A stretch of DNA of 64,000 bases from contig JAVBWO010000012.1 in NCBI GenBank assembly GCA_036677375.1, positions 420,677-484,676 on the forward strand, given 5' to 3'. The DNA comes from Bacillota bacterium. GTDB taxonomy: Bacteria; Bacillota; Dehalobacteriia; UBA4068; UBA4997. Below the pieces are notes generated by a model. The model searched no databases, was not told where the DNA came from, and saw nothing but the letters and a program-made list of their open reading frames with translations. Position 1 is the stretch's first letter; every line of letters starts with the position of its first letter. Shown piece by piece: positions 9,839-20,300 of the stretch. The position numbers were made by a program, and so were the translations under genes.

Positions 9839-10294
9839 TTACTCTTTTTCTTTTTCAGCTTCTTCTTCAGCTTCTTCTTCATCAGAAGAGGAGGTTTCTT
9901 CCCCATCATTGACGAATACGGTGCTTTCGCATACCGGGCAGATAACTTCGATCAATTCATCGTCATCTAAGATATCGGCATCGAAGCAGACCACTTCACC
10001 ACAATTCGGGCAAGTGGCTTCCACATATTCCTCACCACAATGGCAACAGTCATCATCATCGTCTTCTTCATCGCCTAAGATCTCTTCTTCTAAGTCGGTG
10101 AGATCACTGTCCATCGCATCCACATATTCTTCCAGATCCTCCTGGGCATCGGCTAAGCCTTCCATTTCATCGGCAACCTCGTTTAAAACATCCAATACTG
10201 CCAATAAAAGTTTGCCTTCCTTGCTTTGTTCAGAGATTTCCAGTCCGTCTGCTAAACCTTGTAAATAAGCCACTCGCTCTTTCAATTCAGTCAC
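9839..10294 (-). CDS. CD1247-like acidic protein with C-terminal zinc ribbon
   Basis: LKERVAYLQGLADGL N-terminus; CPNC and CPVC pairs; usual position between efp and spoIIIAA. Confidence 0.85.
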   Translation of the reverse strand: MTELKERVAYLQGLADGLEISEQSKEGKLLLAVLDVLNEVADEMEGLADAQEDLEEYVDAMDSDLTDLEEEILGDEEDDDDDCCHCGEEYVEATCPNCGEVVCFDADILDDDELIEVICPVCESTVFVNDGEETSSSDEEEAEEEAEKEKE

Positions 10295-10368
10295 GGGAAA
10301 TACCCCCTTTCATTTTCTAAGTTCATTTATTATAGTATCGGCGTTACCGCCGATGACTATTCTATGCA

Positions 10369-10929
10369 TTATGCCCGCTCAATATACTCGCCGGTTTTGG
10401 TATTGATGCGAATCTTGTCCCCTTCGTTGATAAAGAAAGGGACGCGGACAACAGCGCCGGTTTCCATGGTGGCGGGCTTGGTGCCGCCGGAAGCGGTATC
10501 GCCTTTGATGCCGGGTTCCGTTTCAATAACAGCCAATTCCACCTGGGCGGGGAAATCCACGCCAATGATATTGCCTTGGAAGAATAAAACGGACAGCACC
10601 ATATTTTCTTTCAGATATTTGACTTCGGGACCCAGCTGATTGCTGTTTAAGGTTTTTTGATCGTAAGTTTCTTCATCCATAAAGATGAAGCTATCGTCAT
10701 CCTCATTATAAAGGAATTGCATGCTCCTGCGATCCAAATGAGCTTTTGGCACTTTCTCACCGGCATCAAAGGTACGCTCCACAACGCCGCCGGTACGAAC
10801 ATTTTTCAGTTTGGTACGGACAAAAGCGGCCCCCTTACCGGGCTTGACATGTTGAAAGTCCACTACCATATAAGCATCTCCATCCAACTCGATGGAAACG
10901 CCGGTCCTAAAATCATTACTGGAAATCAC
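10369..10929 (-). CDS. efp: Elongation factor P
   Basis: ISSNDFRTG...[17 protein letters not shown]...GEYIERA; GTG start. Confidence 0.97.
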   Translation of the reverse strand: MISSNDFRTGVSIELDGDAYMVVDFQHVKPGKGAAFVRTKLKNVRTGGVVERTFDAGEKVPKAHLDRRSMQFLYNEDDDSFIFMDEETYDQKTLNSNQLGPEVKYLKENMVLSVLFFQGNIIGVDFPAQVELAVIETEPGIKGDTASGGTKPATMETGAVVRVPFFINEGDKIRINTKTGEYIERA

Positions 10930-11020
10930 GCAAATACCTCCCACATACCAAAATTTCTAGCATTCATATCTTTAATATTTTACCATAAAAAAACTTGCTT
11001 AAACAAGTGTTTTCTGAAAT

Positions 11021-11046
11021 AAAAAAAGGGCTGTGAAGCCCTTTTT
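11021..11046 (-). terminator. Intrinsic terminator after rplS
   Basis: aaaagggc-tgtgaa-gccctttt inverted repeat with U-tract. Confidence 0.75.
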
Positions 11047-11392
11047 ACTTCTTGCGAATTTCTTTGATTCTGGCTGCCTTTCCGGTGAGGTCGCGGAGAT
11101 AATACAATTTAGCCCGGCGAACTTTACCGTGACGCACCACTTGAATCTTATCCAAGCTGGGCGCATGGAGAGGGAAGGTTCTTTCGACTCCGACACCGTA
11201 GCTCATCCGGCGGACAGTAAAATTCTCACGGAGGCCGGTGCCTTTTCGTTTGATGCAGACCCCTTCAAATAACTGAACCCGTTCCCTGCTACCTTCTACG
11301 ACCTTAACGGAGACGCGGACGGTGTCTCCAGGACGGAATTGGGGAATATCCTGACGTAATTGCTCTTTTTCAATCATCGCAATAAAATCCAT
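11045..11392 (-). CDS. rplS: 50S ribosomal protein L19
   Basis: FRPGDTVRV...RERVQLFEG...GVGVERTFP...[11 protein letters not shown]. Confidence 0.98.
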   Translation of the reverse strand: MDFIAMIEKEQLRQDIPQFRPGDTVRVSVKVVEGSRERVQLFEGVCIKRKGTGLRENFTVRRMSYGVGVERTFPLHAPSLDKIQVVRHGKVRRAKLYYLRDLTGKAARIKEIRKK

Positions 11393-11506
11393 GTTTCTTC
11401 CTCCTTTCTTTCCCAAGCGTTCATACCTGCACTTTGCAGCATAGCGGACCGCCCGTTTTACACATGACTTAGGTATTATAGCACAACCGAAAAATAATAA
11501 CAATAT

Positions 11507-12787
11507 TTATTTTTCACCCAATAACCGGTCAAATATGATCGAAGCCGCGCTGCGCACCGATAAATGATTATATTCTCCTACGCCGTAGATGGGACGCAGG
11601 ATATAGGAGGCGTCTGCCATCAGCTCGTCGGTGAGGCCCCACCCGGTACCCAAAAGCAAAAGATAATCGCCTCCCTCTTTTTCCATAGTCCGGCGCATCT
11701 GGTCGTAACCTACCATAGCGGGATGAGCCTTGGCGCTTGTGGCGATAAGCTTAGGCGCACCGATAGCCTGGATCACATCCTCCAGAGAAACCACCAGATG
11801 GGTGCGCTCCAAGGCCTGATGCCGGTGGAGATTGTAGCGGGCGCCGAACCCCCTTTTCCAGTGACCCAGCAAGGTGGTGATCAGCTCCCGCTGTCCTTCT
11901 GCGGGCTGTACAATGAAAAAGCCCGCCAGATCATAGGTAGCCGCCGCTCGGGAGATATCGTGCAGATCCAGGTTGGTCAGAGAAGTATTGACGATTTCTT
12001 TTTTCTTGTTATAAACCGGATAATGCAAAAGCGCTACCCATAGACGAAAAGGCTTTACCGTATCCTTTTTGATCTCCGTCAAAACAGCAACGTCTTCCGG
12101 CGTCAGCAGCGCCTTGGATAAAAGCTGCGGCCGCCGCTGATAGGTTCGGTACAAAGACTGCCGCCGCCGCCAGCGGCGGATGTCCTCATGATTGCCGGAA
12201 AGCAGCACCTGTGGTACTTCCATGCCCCAAAAGACAGGCGGCCTGGTATATTGGGGATATTCCAGCAAACCATCCTGAAAGCTCTCTTCCTCAGAGGAAG
12301 CGTCATCCCCCAAAACCCCCGGCAAAAGCCGGATGATGCTGTCCGCCATGATCATGGCGGGCAGTTCGCCGCCGGTTAAAACATAATCGCCGATGGACAG
12401 CACATCGGTGGCATAGGTATCCTCCACCCGCTGATCCACTCCTTCATAATGGCCGCAGATAAAGATGACCTGATCGGCCAAAGCCAGCTCCCGTGCTTTT
12501 TTCTGCGTAAACAGCTCCCCGGCGGGGCTGGTCATAACAATACGCACCTTTTTGTCTTTCGCCGGCTTGCAGTCCTCTATGGCGGCAAAAAGCGGCTCGG
12601 GCTTCATTACCATACCGGCGCCGCCGCCGTAAAGGCGGTCATCGGCGGTGCTGTGCTTGTCTTCGGTATAGTCCCGGATATTGGTGATATGCATCTCCAC
12701 AAACCCCTTGTCGCAGGCCCGCTTGACAATGCTCTCCGACATAGGGGCAAACATGGCCGGGAAAAGGGTCAAAATATCGATCCGCAT
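11507..12787 (-). CDS. trmD: tRNA m1G37 methyltransferase TrmD fused to a C-terminal DUF2168-like SPOUT RNA methyltransferase
   Basis: TrmD motifs IDILTLFP, DDRLYGGGAGM, CGHYEGVD, SIGDYVLTGGE, LEYPQYTRP; then ALLHYPVYNK..TNLDLHDISR..GTGWGL..YNHLSVRSAASII. Confidence 0.93.
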   Translation of the reverse strand: MRIDILTLFPAMFAPMSESIVKRACDKGFVEMHITNIRDYTEDKHSTADDRLYGGGAGMVMKPEPLFAAIEDCKPAKDKKVRIVMTSPAGELFTQKKARELALADQVIFICGHYEGVDQRVEDTYATDVLSIGDYVLTGGELPAMIMADSIIRLLPGVLGDDASSEEESFQDGLLEYPQYTRPPVFWGMEVPQVLLSGNHEDIRRWRRRQSLYRTYQRRPQLLSKALLTPEDVAVLTEIKKDTVKPFRLWVALLHYPVYNKKKEIVNTSLTNLDLHDISRAAATYDLAGFFIVQPAEGQRELITTLLGHWKRGFGARYNLHRHQALERTHLVVSLEDVIQAIGAPKLIATSAKAHPAMVGYDQMRRTMEKEGGDYLLLLGTGWGLTDELMADASYILRPIYGVGEYNHLSVRSAASIIFDRLLGEK

Positions 12788-13105
12788 GTTTTTCTCCATT
12801 CCTTCAATCTTTGCTGTATCCTTACGGCAATCATGCCCGATTGCTTTCCCATTTTTCATTCGTACTTTTTAGCATACTTTTGATTGTTTTTTCCATTTAT
12901 ACAGCTTTTTATAAGCTAAAGCCCGGCATTTTTCCAACTGACCCGGCCTTCTGCCTGATCCGCTCCAGCCCCGTTCCCCCTGGAGTCACCTCATCCGTTA
13001 TGCAACCGCTTCCCAAAGTTGGGCGAAAAGCTTCAGGTATTGTCTGATGCCGGTTTAATTCATTTTCCCATTTTTCATCGCCACAATCCCGTCTGAACCA
13101 CAGGG

Positions 13106-13615
13106 CTATTCATAACATTCCAAAAGACCGGCGGGAAGCTTGACGTCCAGCCGTCTCGCCGACAAATCCGTCTTCTGGATGACATCCTTCAAAGCCGGTA
13201 CCAGAAGATCTTTTTTTCCTTCCCGGGCAATAACATAAACATCGTTAGCACCGGTCTCCAGAATATCGGAAAGAGTACCCAAAAAAGCCCCCTCGCTGTA
13301 GACCGAGAGACCCAGAAGCTCAAAATAATAATATTCCCCTTCCGGCAATGGCTCCAGTTCCGCTTTGGCGATCCTGATCTCGGAAGGAAACAGGGCTATC
13401 GCGGCGTCTCTGTCGTCCACGCCGGCGAATTTTACCAACAAAATACTTTGGTGAGGCTGGACGCTCTCCACCTCGAACCAGCGCCCCGGCTTAGCAAGCC
13501 ATAGGGAACGCCCTTTGGCGAAACGCTTCTCCGGTTTCTGCGTAATGACCGCCACTTTGACCATGCCCCGGACGCCATGAGCGCCCACTACTTGTCCCAC
13601 TAAGATTTCCGTCAC
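13106..13615 (-). CDS. rimM: Ribosome maturation factor RimM
   Basis: VGQVVGAHGVRG...GEYYYFELLG...ETGANDVYV. Confidence 0.96.
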   Translation of the reverse strand: MTEILVGQVVGAHGVRGMVKVAVITQKPEKRFAKGRSLWLAKPGRWFEVESVQPHQSILLVKFAGVDDRDAAIALFPSEIRIAKAELEPLPEGEYYYFELLGLSVYSEGAFLGTLSDILETGANDVYVIAREGKKDLLVPALKDVIQKTDLSARRLDVKLPAGLLECYE

Positions 13616-13694
13616 GATACCGCCCCCATCCCAATCTTACAAGAACCCCTTCCCGGTAACAAACGGGAAGAGGTTCTCATGTACAGATCTAAAA

Positions 13695-13925
13695 CTAAAC
13701 AATGTCCAAATCGGACTTTTTGCCTTCTTTGGCCGCCGCTGCTTTCAAAACGGTGCGGATTGCCTTGGCAATACGGCCTTGCTTGCCAATGACCTTGCCC
13801 ATATCCTCCGGCGCGGTGCGTAGCTCCAGGTGGATGCTTTTTTCCTTCTCCACCTCGGTGACTTCTATCGCATCGGGGTTGGTCACCAAAGACCGTGCAA
13901 TGTGTTCAACCAATTCTTTCATCAT
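13695..13925 (-). CDS. khpA: KH-domain RNA-binding protein KhpA (YlqC)
   Basis: DMGKVIGKQGRIAKAIR; lies between rpsP and rimM. Confidence 0.94.
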   Translation of the reverse strand: MMKELVEHIARSLVTNPDAIEVTEVEKEKSIHLELRTAPEDMGKVIGKQGRIAKAIRTVLKAAAAKEGKKSDLDIV

Positions 13926-13975
13926 GTCTCCCCCTTCGTCACAGGAGTAAAAACATCCTGGCCAAGGTCGTTACC

Positions 13976-14236
13976 TTATTTTGCCTGCCGTTTTTCCCAG
14001 ATACCGGTACGTTTCAGCAAGGAACGAACCGTATCGGAAGGTTCTGCTCCGGTAGCGATCCACTTCAGGGCTTTTTCTTCGTCGATCTTGATTTCGGCGG
14101 GATTGCTCAAAGGATTATAATAACCGATCTCTTCGATGAAACGACCATCGCGAGGATACCGGGAATCAGCCACTACCACTCTGTAAAAGGGTTGTTTTTT
14201 TGCACCCATGCGGCGCAGTCTGATACGAGTTGCCAT
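13976..14236 (-). CDS. rpsP: 30S ribosomal protein S16
   Basis: [29 protein letters not shown]. Confidence 0.98.
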   Translation of the reverse strand: MATRIRLRRMGAKKQPFYRVVVADSRYPRDGRFIEEIGYYNPLSNPAEIKIDEEKALKWIATGAEPSDTVRSLLKRTGIWEKRQAK

Positions 14237-14540
14237 ATTGTCACCTCCTTATCTTTCTCAAAATCTAGTATAAGAATTAATTTTTTATTATCTGTCCGTA
14301 TTTCTATAAGATTTCTGTCCGTCCGGTTCCCGCGCCTTTTGCCCGTATCATCATAGGATCCTTGGGAAATTGCGCTTGCCGACCATTCCGCCTTTTAAGC
14401 GGCTCGTCCGCATCCGGCCCGGGCTTTTCGTAAAAAGCGCCCGGCTCTTCTTGCAAGCCTCTTGCCATATCGGGCTTTTTACACCTTATCGAGCCTTTGA
14501 TATCTTAACGCGCTTTTGGCGCCGCATCAATTTTTCCGCC

Positions 14541-15884
14541 TTACCGGAAGAAAGGCATTTTAGGCATCCCTTTGCCTTTTTTGCCGCCCGCCATGCCACC
14601 CATCTGCTTCATCATTTTCTTGGTCTGTTCAAATTGCTTCAGCAGCCGGTTGACGTTCTGTACCTGAGTGCCGCTGCCTTTGGCGATGCGCTGCCTTCTC
14701 GAGCCGTTGATAATCTCCGGCCTCTGGCGCTCCTCCGGCGTCATGGATTGGATAATGGCCTGTATGCGAGCCATCTCTTTTTCATCCACCTGGATGTCTT
14801 TCAGTTGTTTTCCCATACCCGGCATCATGCTCAAAATGTCCTGCATGCCGCCCATTTTTTTCATTTGCTCCATCTGATCCAGAAAATCGTCAAAGGTAAA
14901 TTCCGCTTTCAGGAGCTTGGCTTCCATCTCTTTGGCTTTGGTGGAATCCACCGTGGCCTGAGCCTTTTCGATGAGGGAAAGCATATCCCCCATGCCCAAG
15001 ATGCGGGAAGCCATGCGGTCGGGGTAAAAAGGCTCCATGGCTTCGGGCTTTTCCCCCATGCCCACGAATTTAATGGGCTTACCGGTAACGGCCTTAGCGG
15101 ATAAAGCGGCACCGCCTCTGGTATCGCCGTCCAATTTGGTCAGCACCAGCCCATCGATGTCGAGCTGAGCGTTGAAGGCTTCCGCCACATTGATGGCGTC
15201 CTGGCCCGCCATGGCGTCGATCACCAGGAGGGTCTCGTGGGGGGCTACCGCCGCCCGGATATTTTTCAATTCGTCCATCAGGGCCTCATCGATATAGAGC
15301 CGCCCTGCGGTGTCGATGATAAGATAATCGTTGCCGTGATCCTGGGCGTGGGCATAGGCCGCCTTGGCAATCGCAACGGGGCTCACGCCGTCTCCTAAGC
15401 TGAATACGGGAATGCCCAGGCTCTCGCCCAATACCTCGAGCTGCTTGATGGCGGCGGGACGGTAAACATCCCCGGCAGCCAGAAGCGGCCGCCGGCCCTG
15501 TTTTTTCAACAGATTGCCAATCTTGGCGGCTGAGGTGGTCTTGCCGCTCCCTTGCAGCCCCACCATCATAACCACGGTGGGCGGCTTGGAAGAAACCGCG
15601 ATCTTAGCCTGCTCCGGACCCATCAAAGCGGTCAGCTCTTCATTAACAATCTTAATGACCTGTTGGCCGGGGGACAGGCTTTCCAAAACCTCGCTGCCCA
15701 CCGCCCGTTCTTTTACTTTCGCGATAAAATCCTTAGCCACCTTGTAGCTGACGTCCGCTTCCAAAAGAGCGACGCGGACTTCCCGCATGGCCTCGCCGAC
15801 ATCGGCCTCGCTGAGCTTTCCTTTGCCGGTGAGCTTTTTAAAGGTTGCCTGCAATTTATCGGCTAAGCTGCTGAATACCGCCAT
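14541..15884 (-). CDS. ffh: Signal recognition particle protein Ffh
   Basis: ALLEADV, GLQGSGKTT, DTAGR, TKLDGD, Met-rich M domain with SRRQRIAKGSG. Confidence 0.98.
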   Translation of the reverse strand: MAVFSSLADKLQATFKKLTGKGKLSEADVGEAMREVRVALLEADVSYKVAKDFIAKVKERAVGSEVLESLSPGQQVIKIVNEELTALMGPEQAKIAVSSKPPTVVMMVGLQGSGKTTSAAKIGNLLKKQGRRPLLAAGDVYRPAAIKQLEVLGESLGIPVFSLGDGVSPVAIAKAAYAHAQDHGNDYLIIDTAGRLYIDEALMDELKNIRAAVAPHETLLVIDAMAGQDAINVAEAFNAQLDIDGLVLTKLDGDTRGGAALSAKAVTGKPIKFVGMGEKPEAMEPFYPDRMASRILGMGDMLSLIEKAQATVDSTKAKEMEAKLLKAEFTFDDFLDQMEQMKKMGGMQDILSMMPGMGKQLKDIQVDEKEMARIQAIIQSMTPEERQRPEIINGSRRQRIAKGSGTQVQNVNRLLKQFEQTKKMMKQMGGMAGGKKGKGMPKMPFFR

Positions 15885-15911
15885 GTCCATTTTCTCCTTT
15901 GCCGGACATTT

Positions 15912-16256
15912 TTATAAGTCTTGCCCCTTTGCCTGCAATAAAGCCAGCGCGGCGTCCACCAGATCCCAGCGTTTCTCCGCCTCGGCTTGCCTTAAAAGGG
16001 CACTCATTTCGTTGATCAGTTCCCCGTTTTTCGTGAGCCGGGTCAAAAGCTGCAAGCGTTCTTCATAATGCTCCAACAGCTTCTCACAGCGCTTTAATAA
16101 ATCATGAACCCCCTGGCGGCTGATATCCCAGAGGTCGGCGATCTCCCCTAAAGAAAGATCCTCGTCATAGAATAAGGTCAAAACCTCTCTTTGTTTTTCC
16201 GTCAGCAAATTGCCATACAGATCATAAAGTAAAGCCATGCGGCCCAGCTTTTCCAT
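15912..16256 (-). CDS. ylxM: YlxM family DNA-binding protein
   Basis: LLYDLYGNLLTEKQ..DLSLGEIA..ISRQGVHD; directly upstream of ffh. Confidence 0.94.
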   Translation of the reverse strand: MEKLGRMALLYDLYGNLLTEKQREVLTLFYDEDLSLGEIADLWDISRQGVHDLLKRCEKLLEHYEERLQLLTRLTKNGELINEMSALLRQAEAEKRWDLVDAALALLQAKGQDL

Positions 16257-16368
16257 CCGGCACCCGCTTTCTTCCGTTAACAAGGTCTTCCCTTTTAAAA
16301 AAGTTCATTTCCTCTTGGTAAAGTTTTTTCTTTTTGCCTTGACAAGTTTTTTTCCTTGACACTCTAAA

Positions 16369-16397
16369 AGTATAATCGATTTCCCTAAACCTGTCAA
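16369..16397 (-). promoter_or_regulatory. Sigma-A promoter of ylxM-ffh
   Basis: Minus strand TTGACA-N17-TATACT. Confidence 0.75.
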
Positions 16398-16412
16398 GTA
16401 AATTTGCTTTCT

Positions 16413-17324
16413 TTATTCAAAAATTGCTTTGACAAAATCCCGAGGCACAAAAGGTTGCAAATCATCGATGCCTTCGCCAACGCCGATCATTCGCACCGGC
16501 AGATGCAACTCATGCTGGATGCCGATGGTAACGCCGCCCTTGGCGGTGCCGTCCAATTTAGTCAAAATGATACCGGTAAGGGGTACCACCTCGCCGAAGA
16601 GCTTGGCCTGGCTGATGGCATTTTGCCCGGTGCCTGCGTCTAAGACCAATAAAGTCTCCACATGCGCGTCGGGTGCTTCCCGTTTGATAATGCGATAAAT
16701 TTTTTTCAATTCTTCCATAAGATTGGCTTTATTTTGCAGCCGCCCCGCCGTATCTACCAACAGTACGTCGCTGTGCCGGGAAAGCGCTGCTTGGCAGGCG
16801 TCAAAGACCACCGCGCCGGGGTCGGCGCCCTGGCTTTGACGAATGACGTCCACGCCGGCCCGCTCGCCCCAGACAACCAATTGCTCAATGGCCGCCGCCC
16901 GGAAGGTGTCCGCCGCCGCCAGTAATACCTTGTGTTTTTCTTCCCGCAGGTAGTGAGCCATCTTGCCGATGGTGGTGGTCTTGCCGGCGCCGTTGACGCC
17001 GACCACCAGCCAAATATTGAGCCGGTCTTTCTCGATGGCAAGCCCATGCGTGCCTTCTTCTAAAATAGCGGCGATCTCCTCCTGCAAAGCCGCCTGCAAT
17101 TCGCCGGCGTCACTGATACGATCCGTCTTGACCCGCTGGCGCAGCCGGGTCACCAGATCAATGGCCGTCTCCACGCCGATATCCGCCATGATCAGTTGTT
17201 CTTCCAGCTCTTCGTACAATTCTTCATCGATCTTGCGGCCAAAATGCAATGTGCCGCCAATCTTTTCGGCAAAACCGCCCTTGGTCTTGCTTAAACCATG
17301 TTTCAATTTATCAAAAAAGCCCAT
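16413..17324 (-). CDS. ftsY: SRP receptor FtsY
   Basis: MGFFDKLK, GVNGAGKTTT, DTFRAAA, DTAGR, TKLDGTAKGG. Confidence 0.98.
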   Translation of the reverse strand: MGFFDKLKHGLSKTKGGFAEKIGGTLHFGRKIDEELYEELEEQLIMADIGVETAIDLVTRLRQRVKTDRISDAGELQAALQEEIAAILEEGTHGLAIEKDRLNIWLVVGVNGAGKTTTIGKMAHYLREEKHKVLLAAADTFRAAAIEQLVVWGERAGVDVIRQSQGADPGAVVFDACQAALSRHSDVLLVDTAGRLQNKANLMEELKKIYRIIKREAPDAHVETLLVLDAGTGQNAISQAKLFGEVVPLTGIILTKLDGTAKGGVTIGIQHELHLPVRMIGVGEGIDDLQPFVPRDFVKAIFE

Positions 17325-17334
17325 GTCAATCCTC

Positions 17335-20300
17335 CTAGCTTGCCGCTTCCATGTCGGTGAGCTTCACCGATACCACCTTTGAAATGCCGTCTTCCTCCAT
17401 GGTCACCCCCCAAAGCACCTGGGCGGCTTCCATGGTACCCTGCCGGTGGGAGATCAATAGAAATTGGGTGTTACCGGCTAATTCCCGCAAATATTCCCCA
17501 AAGCGGTCCACATTGGCCTCGTCCAAAGCAGAATCCACCTCGTCCAACACGCAGAAAGGGCTTGGACGCACCTGAAAGATGCCGAACATCAGGGCAATGC
17601 CGATTAAAGACTTCTCGCCCCCGGACAAAAGATTATAATTGGCAATGGTTTTGCCCGGCGGCGACACCGAAAGCTCCACGCCGGTTTCCAGCAGATTTTC
17701 CGGATCGGTCAGGGACAGGGAAGCCTGGCCACCGCCGAAGAGCCGGACAAAAGCCTTGTTGAATTCCTGACTAACCTTGCCAAAAGTCTCCTGGAAGCGG
17801 CGGTTCATAATATTGTCCATTTCCTTGATGACCTTATCCAAAGACTTCCGCGCCGAGAGAAGATCCGCCCGCTGCGCGGTCAGAAATTCATATCTTTCTT
17901 TGACCTCTTGGTATTCCTCGATAGCGCCCATATTCACCGCACCCAAAGCAAAAATGGCTTGCCGGAGCTCCCGCACCCGGAGGGATGCCTCACGGCGGGA
18001 AAGATCGGGCAGAATCAGAGGCGCCGCTTCTTCATAGGTAAGGCCGAAGTTTTCCCGGAGCTTCTGCATCTCATTGTCCCATTCCGTTTCCAGTTTGGCT
18101 TTTTTTATCTCCTGCTGGTGCAGGGACTCCCGCTGTTTTTCCATGGCCTGCCGCAGTTCCTTGGCTGCCTTCTCTTGTGCCGCCGCGCTCTCTTCCATGA
18201 TCTGCAATTCATGGCGGTCGGTATTCAGTTGGTTCTGCCGGAGATGGTATTGTTCTTCCATTTCCTGCAGCTCGTCTTTTGCTTTATGATGATCTTCCCG
18301 GCAGAGATCCCGCTGCTTCTCAAAATGTAGCAATTGGGCTTTTTTCTCCTCGATCTCCTGGAACAGTCCGGTCTTTTCGCCTTTCAGACGTTTCAGTTCC
18401 GCTGCCAAACTCTGCCCTTCCTGCTCCAGCCTGGCCAGTTCCACTCGCAGATCGGCCACCCGCTTCTGACACTCATCCAAAGCCGCAGCGGCGGCGTCAT
18501 AAGCCGCTTGATTTTCACTGATATTGTTACCGGCTTGCTCGTTGATCTCCTGCCAGTGAGACAATTCTTCTTTCAGCGCCGCCTGCCGCTTGGTAAGCTC
18601 TACGACTTCTTTTTCCTGCTCCGTCTTTTCCCAGGTCAGGCTTTCCCGCTCCTTGGCCTCGGACTGAGCGGAGGCGGTCAAGTGCTGCAAATCCTTGTCC
18701 AAGGCCAGCCGGCTCATTTCCAGCTGCCGCAGCGACTCCCGCAAGGCGGCGCGTTCTTCTTTATCGCCAGCCTCCTGCGCCTTTAGGCCATCCAGCTCCG
18801 TTTTGGCGGTCTGGGCCTTTTGGGCCAGCTCCGCCACCTGTCGCGCCAACTCCCGGATCTCCTCCTTGCGGGCCAGAAGATCTCCCTGGCGTTTCTCCCG
18901 GCTGCCGCCGCTCATAGCGCCGCCGGGATTGACCATATCCCCTTCCAGGGTCACGACTTTGCATTGATATTGCAGCTGCCGGGCGGCCTGGTTAGCCACC
19001 GGCAGAGATTCCACCACCAGCAGGTTATTCAGAAGGAATTCGGCGGCGGGCCGCACTTCCTTACTGCATTTTACCAGATCCACGCCCCGGCCGATGACGC
19101 CGGGCATGGACAATACTTTGTCCAGAGTTTCGTTGCGCCGGGCGCGGATAGCATCTAAAGGCAAGAGCGTCACCCGGCCTGCCTGGTTCTTTTTCAGATA
19201 ATCAATGGCGTCCCTGGCGTCTTTTTCCGTTTTGGTCACGATATTCTGCAAAGCGCCGCCCAAAGCAGTCTCCAAAGCCGTTTCGCAGCCGGGCCGCACT
19301 TCCAGAAGCTCCGCCATAACTCCAATGATGCCGGAGGCTGCCGCCTGGCCCTTCTTGGCGGCCAGAAGCAGCGCCCGCACGCCGGGATAATAACCTTCAT
19401 ATTTTTCCTGCAATTCCTGCAACATTTGCAGCCGGGAATTTTGGGCGTTCCAGGAATAGCGCAGCATCACCTCGGCCTCCGCCAGCTCCTGCTGCTTACC
19501 GTCCCGTTGTTTTGTCCGTTCCTCCACCTGCTGCAATTGGATCTGCTTCTCTTTGCCGTTTTCCGCCGCCGCTTTCAGCTCACGGCTCAGGCGTTCTTTT
19601 TCCGCCGTCAGATTCTCCCCGACAGCCGCCAACCGTTTTAAATCTTCGTCGATTTTAGCCAAAGTTTGCCGGGCCGTGGCGATCAACTGATCTTGGTAGG
19701 TGATCTCGTTCTTGATCTGCGCCAGCTGATTGGCCAGATCAAAAGCCTCTTCCTTAGCGGTCGCCACTTGCTCCCCGCAATCGGCGGCTTTATTTTTGGC
19801 TACCTCCAGCGCGGCTTCCTGTTGCGTCAAAGCCGTGGCGGTTTGTTTGATTTTTCCATCCAAAGCGGCTTTGTCGGCTTCTTTTTCCGTTACCAGATCG
19901 ATAAAACCGCCGTCTTTGGAAGTCAATCCCGCCATTTCCTTTTCCAGGCGGAGGATATTCTCTTCCGCCGCCTTTTTCTGTGCCAAAGCTACACCGATCC
20001 TGGCTTCCACTTTTTCCTTATCGGTAGCCAGCTGGAAAAGGGCCTGCTGCTTTTTATCCACCGTTTCTTCCCGGCGAGTGATTTCCAGGCGGATCTCCTC
20101 CGCTTGAGCCTCCGCGGCGGCAAAGCCGCTTTCCTGGGTCAAAAGCTCTTTTTCACTCTGATTCTGACTCTCTTTCAGCTGCTTCAGCTTGTTTTGATAT
20201 TCTGCCAGATTCTGGGCAATGAGGCTGATTTCCAAACGGTTGGCAGCCTCGGTCATTTCCCGGCAGGAGGCGGCCTTTTCCGCCTGTTCCCCTAAAGGCC

